Positions 63,830-64,000 of a stretch of 64,000 bases of DNA are shown here, one piece after another (position 1 is the stretch's first letter; each line of letters begins with the position of its first letter). The stretch is from Patescibacteria group bacterium (lineage in GTDB: Bacteria > Patescibacteriota > Patescibacteriia > 2-01-FULL-39-33): positions 149,785 through 213,784 of the forward strand of contig JBAZRV010000002.1 of NCBI GenBank assembly GCA_041662745.1, read 5' to 3'. The notes under the pieces were generated by a model. It was not told the origin of the DNA and ran no database searches. It worked only from the letters and a program-made list of their open reading frames with translations. Made by a program: the position numbers and the translations under genes.

Positions 63830-64000
63830 ATGAAGATTGTTTACTTGGAAAATTCCAAAGCCCACAAGCGAGGCGACATTAAGGATGTGGCCGAGGGTTA
63901 CGCGCGCAATTTTTTGATCCCGCAAGGCGTGGCAGCGCCGGCCACAGCGGAAAATCTGGCTAAAATCAAACAAGAAACTGAAAAGAAGGCCAAAACTCAA
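63830..64000 (+). CDS. rplI: 50S ribosomal protein L9 (5' part; continues beyond the window)
   Basis: MKIVYLENSKAHKRGDIKDVAEGYARNFLIPQGVAAPATAENLAKIKQ. Confidence 0.8.
   Translation, partial: MKIVYLENSKAHKRGDIKDVAEGYARNFLIPQGVAAPATAENLAKIKQETEKKAKTQ

Noticed and set aside
1-64000. CRISPR arrays, rRNA genes, group II introns
   Set aside because: No regularly spaced short direct repeats with unique spacers were seen. No rRNA-like conserved stretches. The only RT belongs to the DGR (YADD motif, adjacent TR/VR pairs), not an intron or retron.
63749-64000. 83-aa minus-strand ORF at the window end
   Set aside because: It overlaps the clearly recognisable rplI (L9) start on the plus strand. Spurious.

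Overview
This 64 kb window is a compact, gene-dense bacterial chromosome segment with about 42-45% GC. The gene content suggests a Candidate Phyla Radiation (Patescibacteria)-type genome: many small membrane and glycosyltransferase genes, a thioredoxin-CcdA fusion, a truncated TsaB, a DUF4012 giant protein, and the dcw genes mraZ-rsmH-ftsL-ftsI-murF. The lineage assignment is an inference.

Housekeeping content includes metG, murA, dnaB, rplJ-rplL, rplI (partial), tgt, rsmI, tatD, a DEAH helicase, and three tRNAs (Ala-CGC, Val-CAC, Lys-UUU).

The most striking feature is a complete diversity-generating retroelement (DGR) at about 10.4-13.8 kb. It has a reverse transcriptase with a YADD motif, an Avd-like four-helix-bundle accessory gene on the opposite strand, a 124-bp template repeat (TR), and two tandem paralogous target genes. 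Each target gene's C-terminal variable repeat (VR) differs from the TR only at TR adenines. Each VR is followed by an identical GC-rich IMH-like segment plus a 10-bp-stem hairpin. A G10 homopolymer sits in the avd/RT start region.

The second notable system is a set of tRNA-associated accessory modules.
- A large serine recombinase sits immediately 3' of tRNA-Val, bracketed by perfect ~100-bp inverted repeats that include the tRNA 3' CCACCA end. A second nested perfect ~95-bp inverted-repeat pair flanks a small secreted-protein gene.
- A ~2 kb island sits 3' of tRNA-Lys, bounded by a 20-bp direct repeat of the tRNA 3' end. It carries a compositionally distinct B12-binding/radical-SAM-like cargo gene.
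- Two interlinked non-coding repeat families occur: a ~100-bp tRNA-3'-flank element, and a ~120-200-bp AT-rich element present in three copies. In the two longer copies the latter ends in a tRNA-3'-end mimic (CCACCA, or a copy of the tRNA-Lys 3' end).

Other points of interest:
- A GC-rich structured non-coding block at ~35.8 kb of unknown identity.
- A GC-rich insert between GT4 genes at ~52.5-53.3 kb.
- A recurrent palindromic 14-mer, including a hairpin embedded in-frame in the RT gene.
- A Tgt lacking the canonical CxCxxC zinc motif but carrying an insertion with a (GCTTC)4 microsatellite.

No CRISPR array and no rRNA genes were seen.
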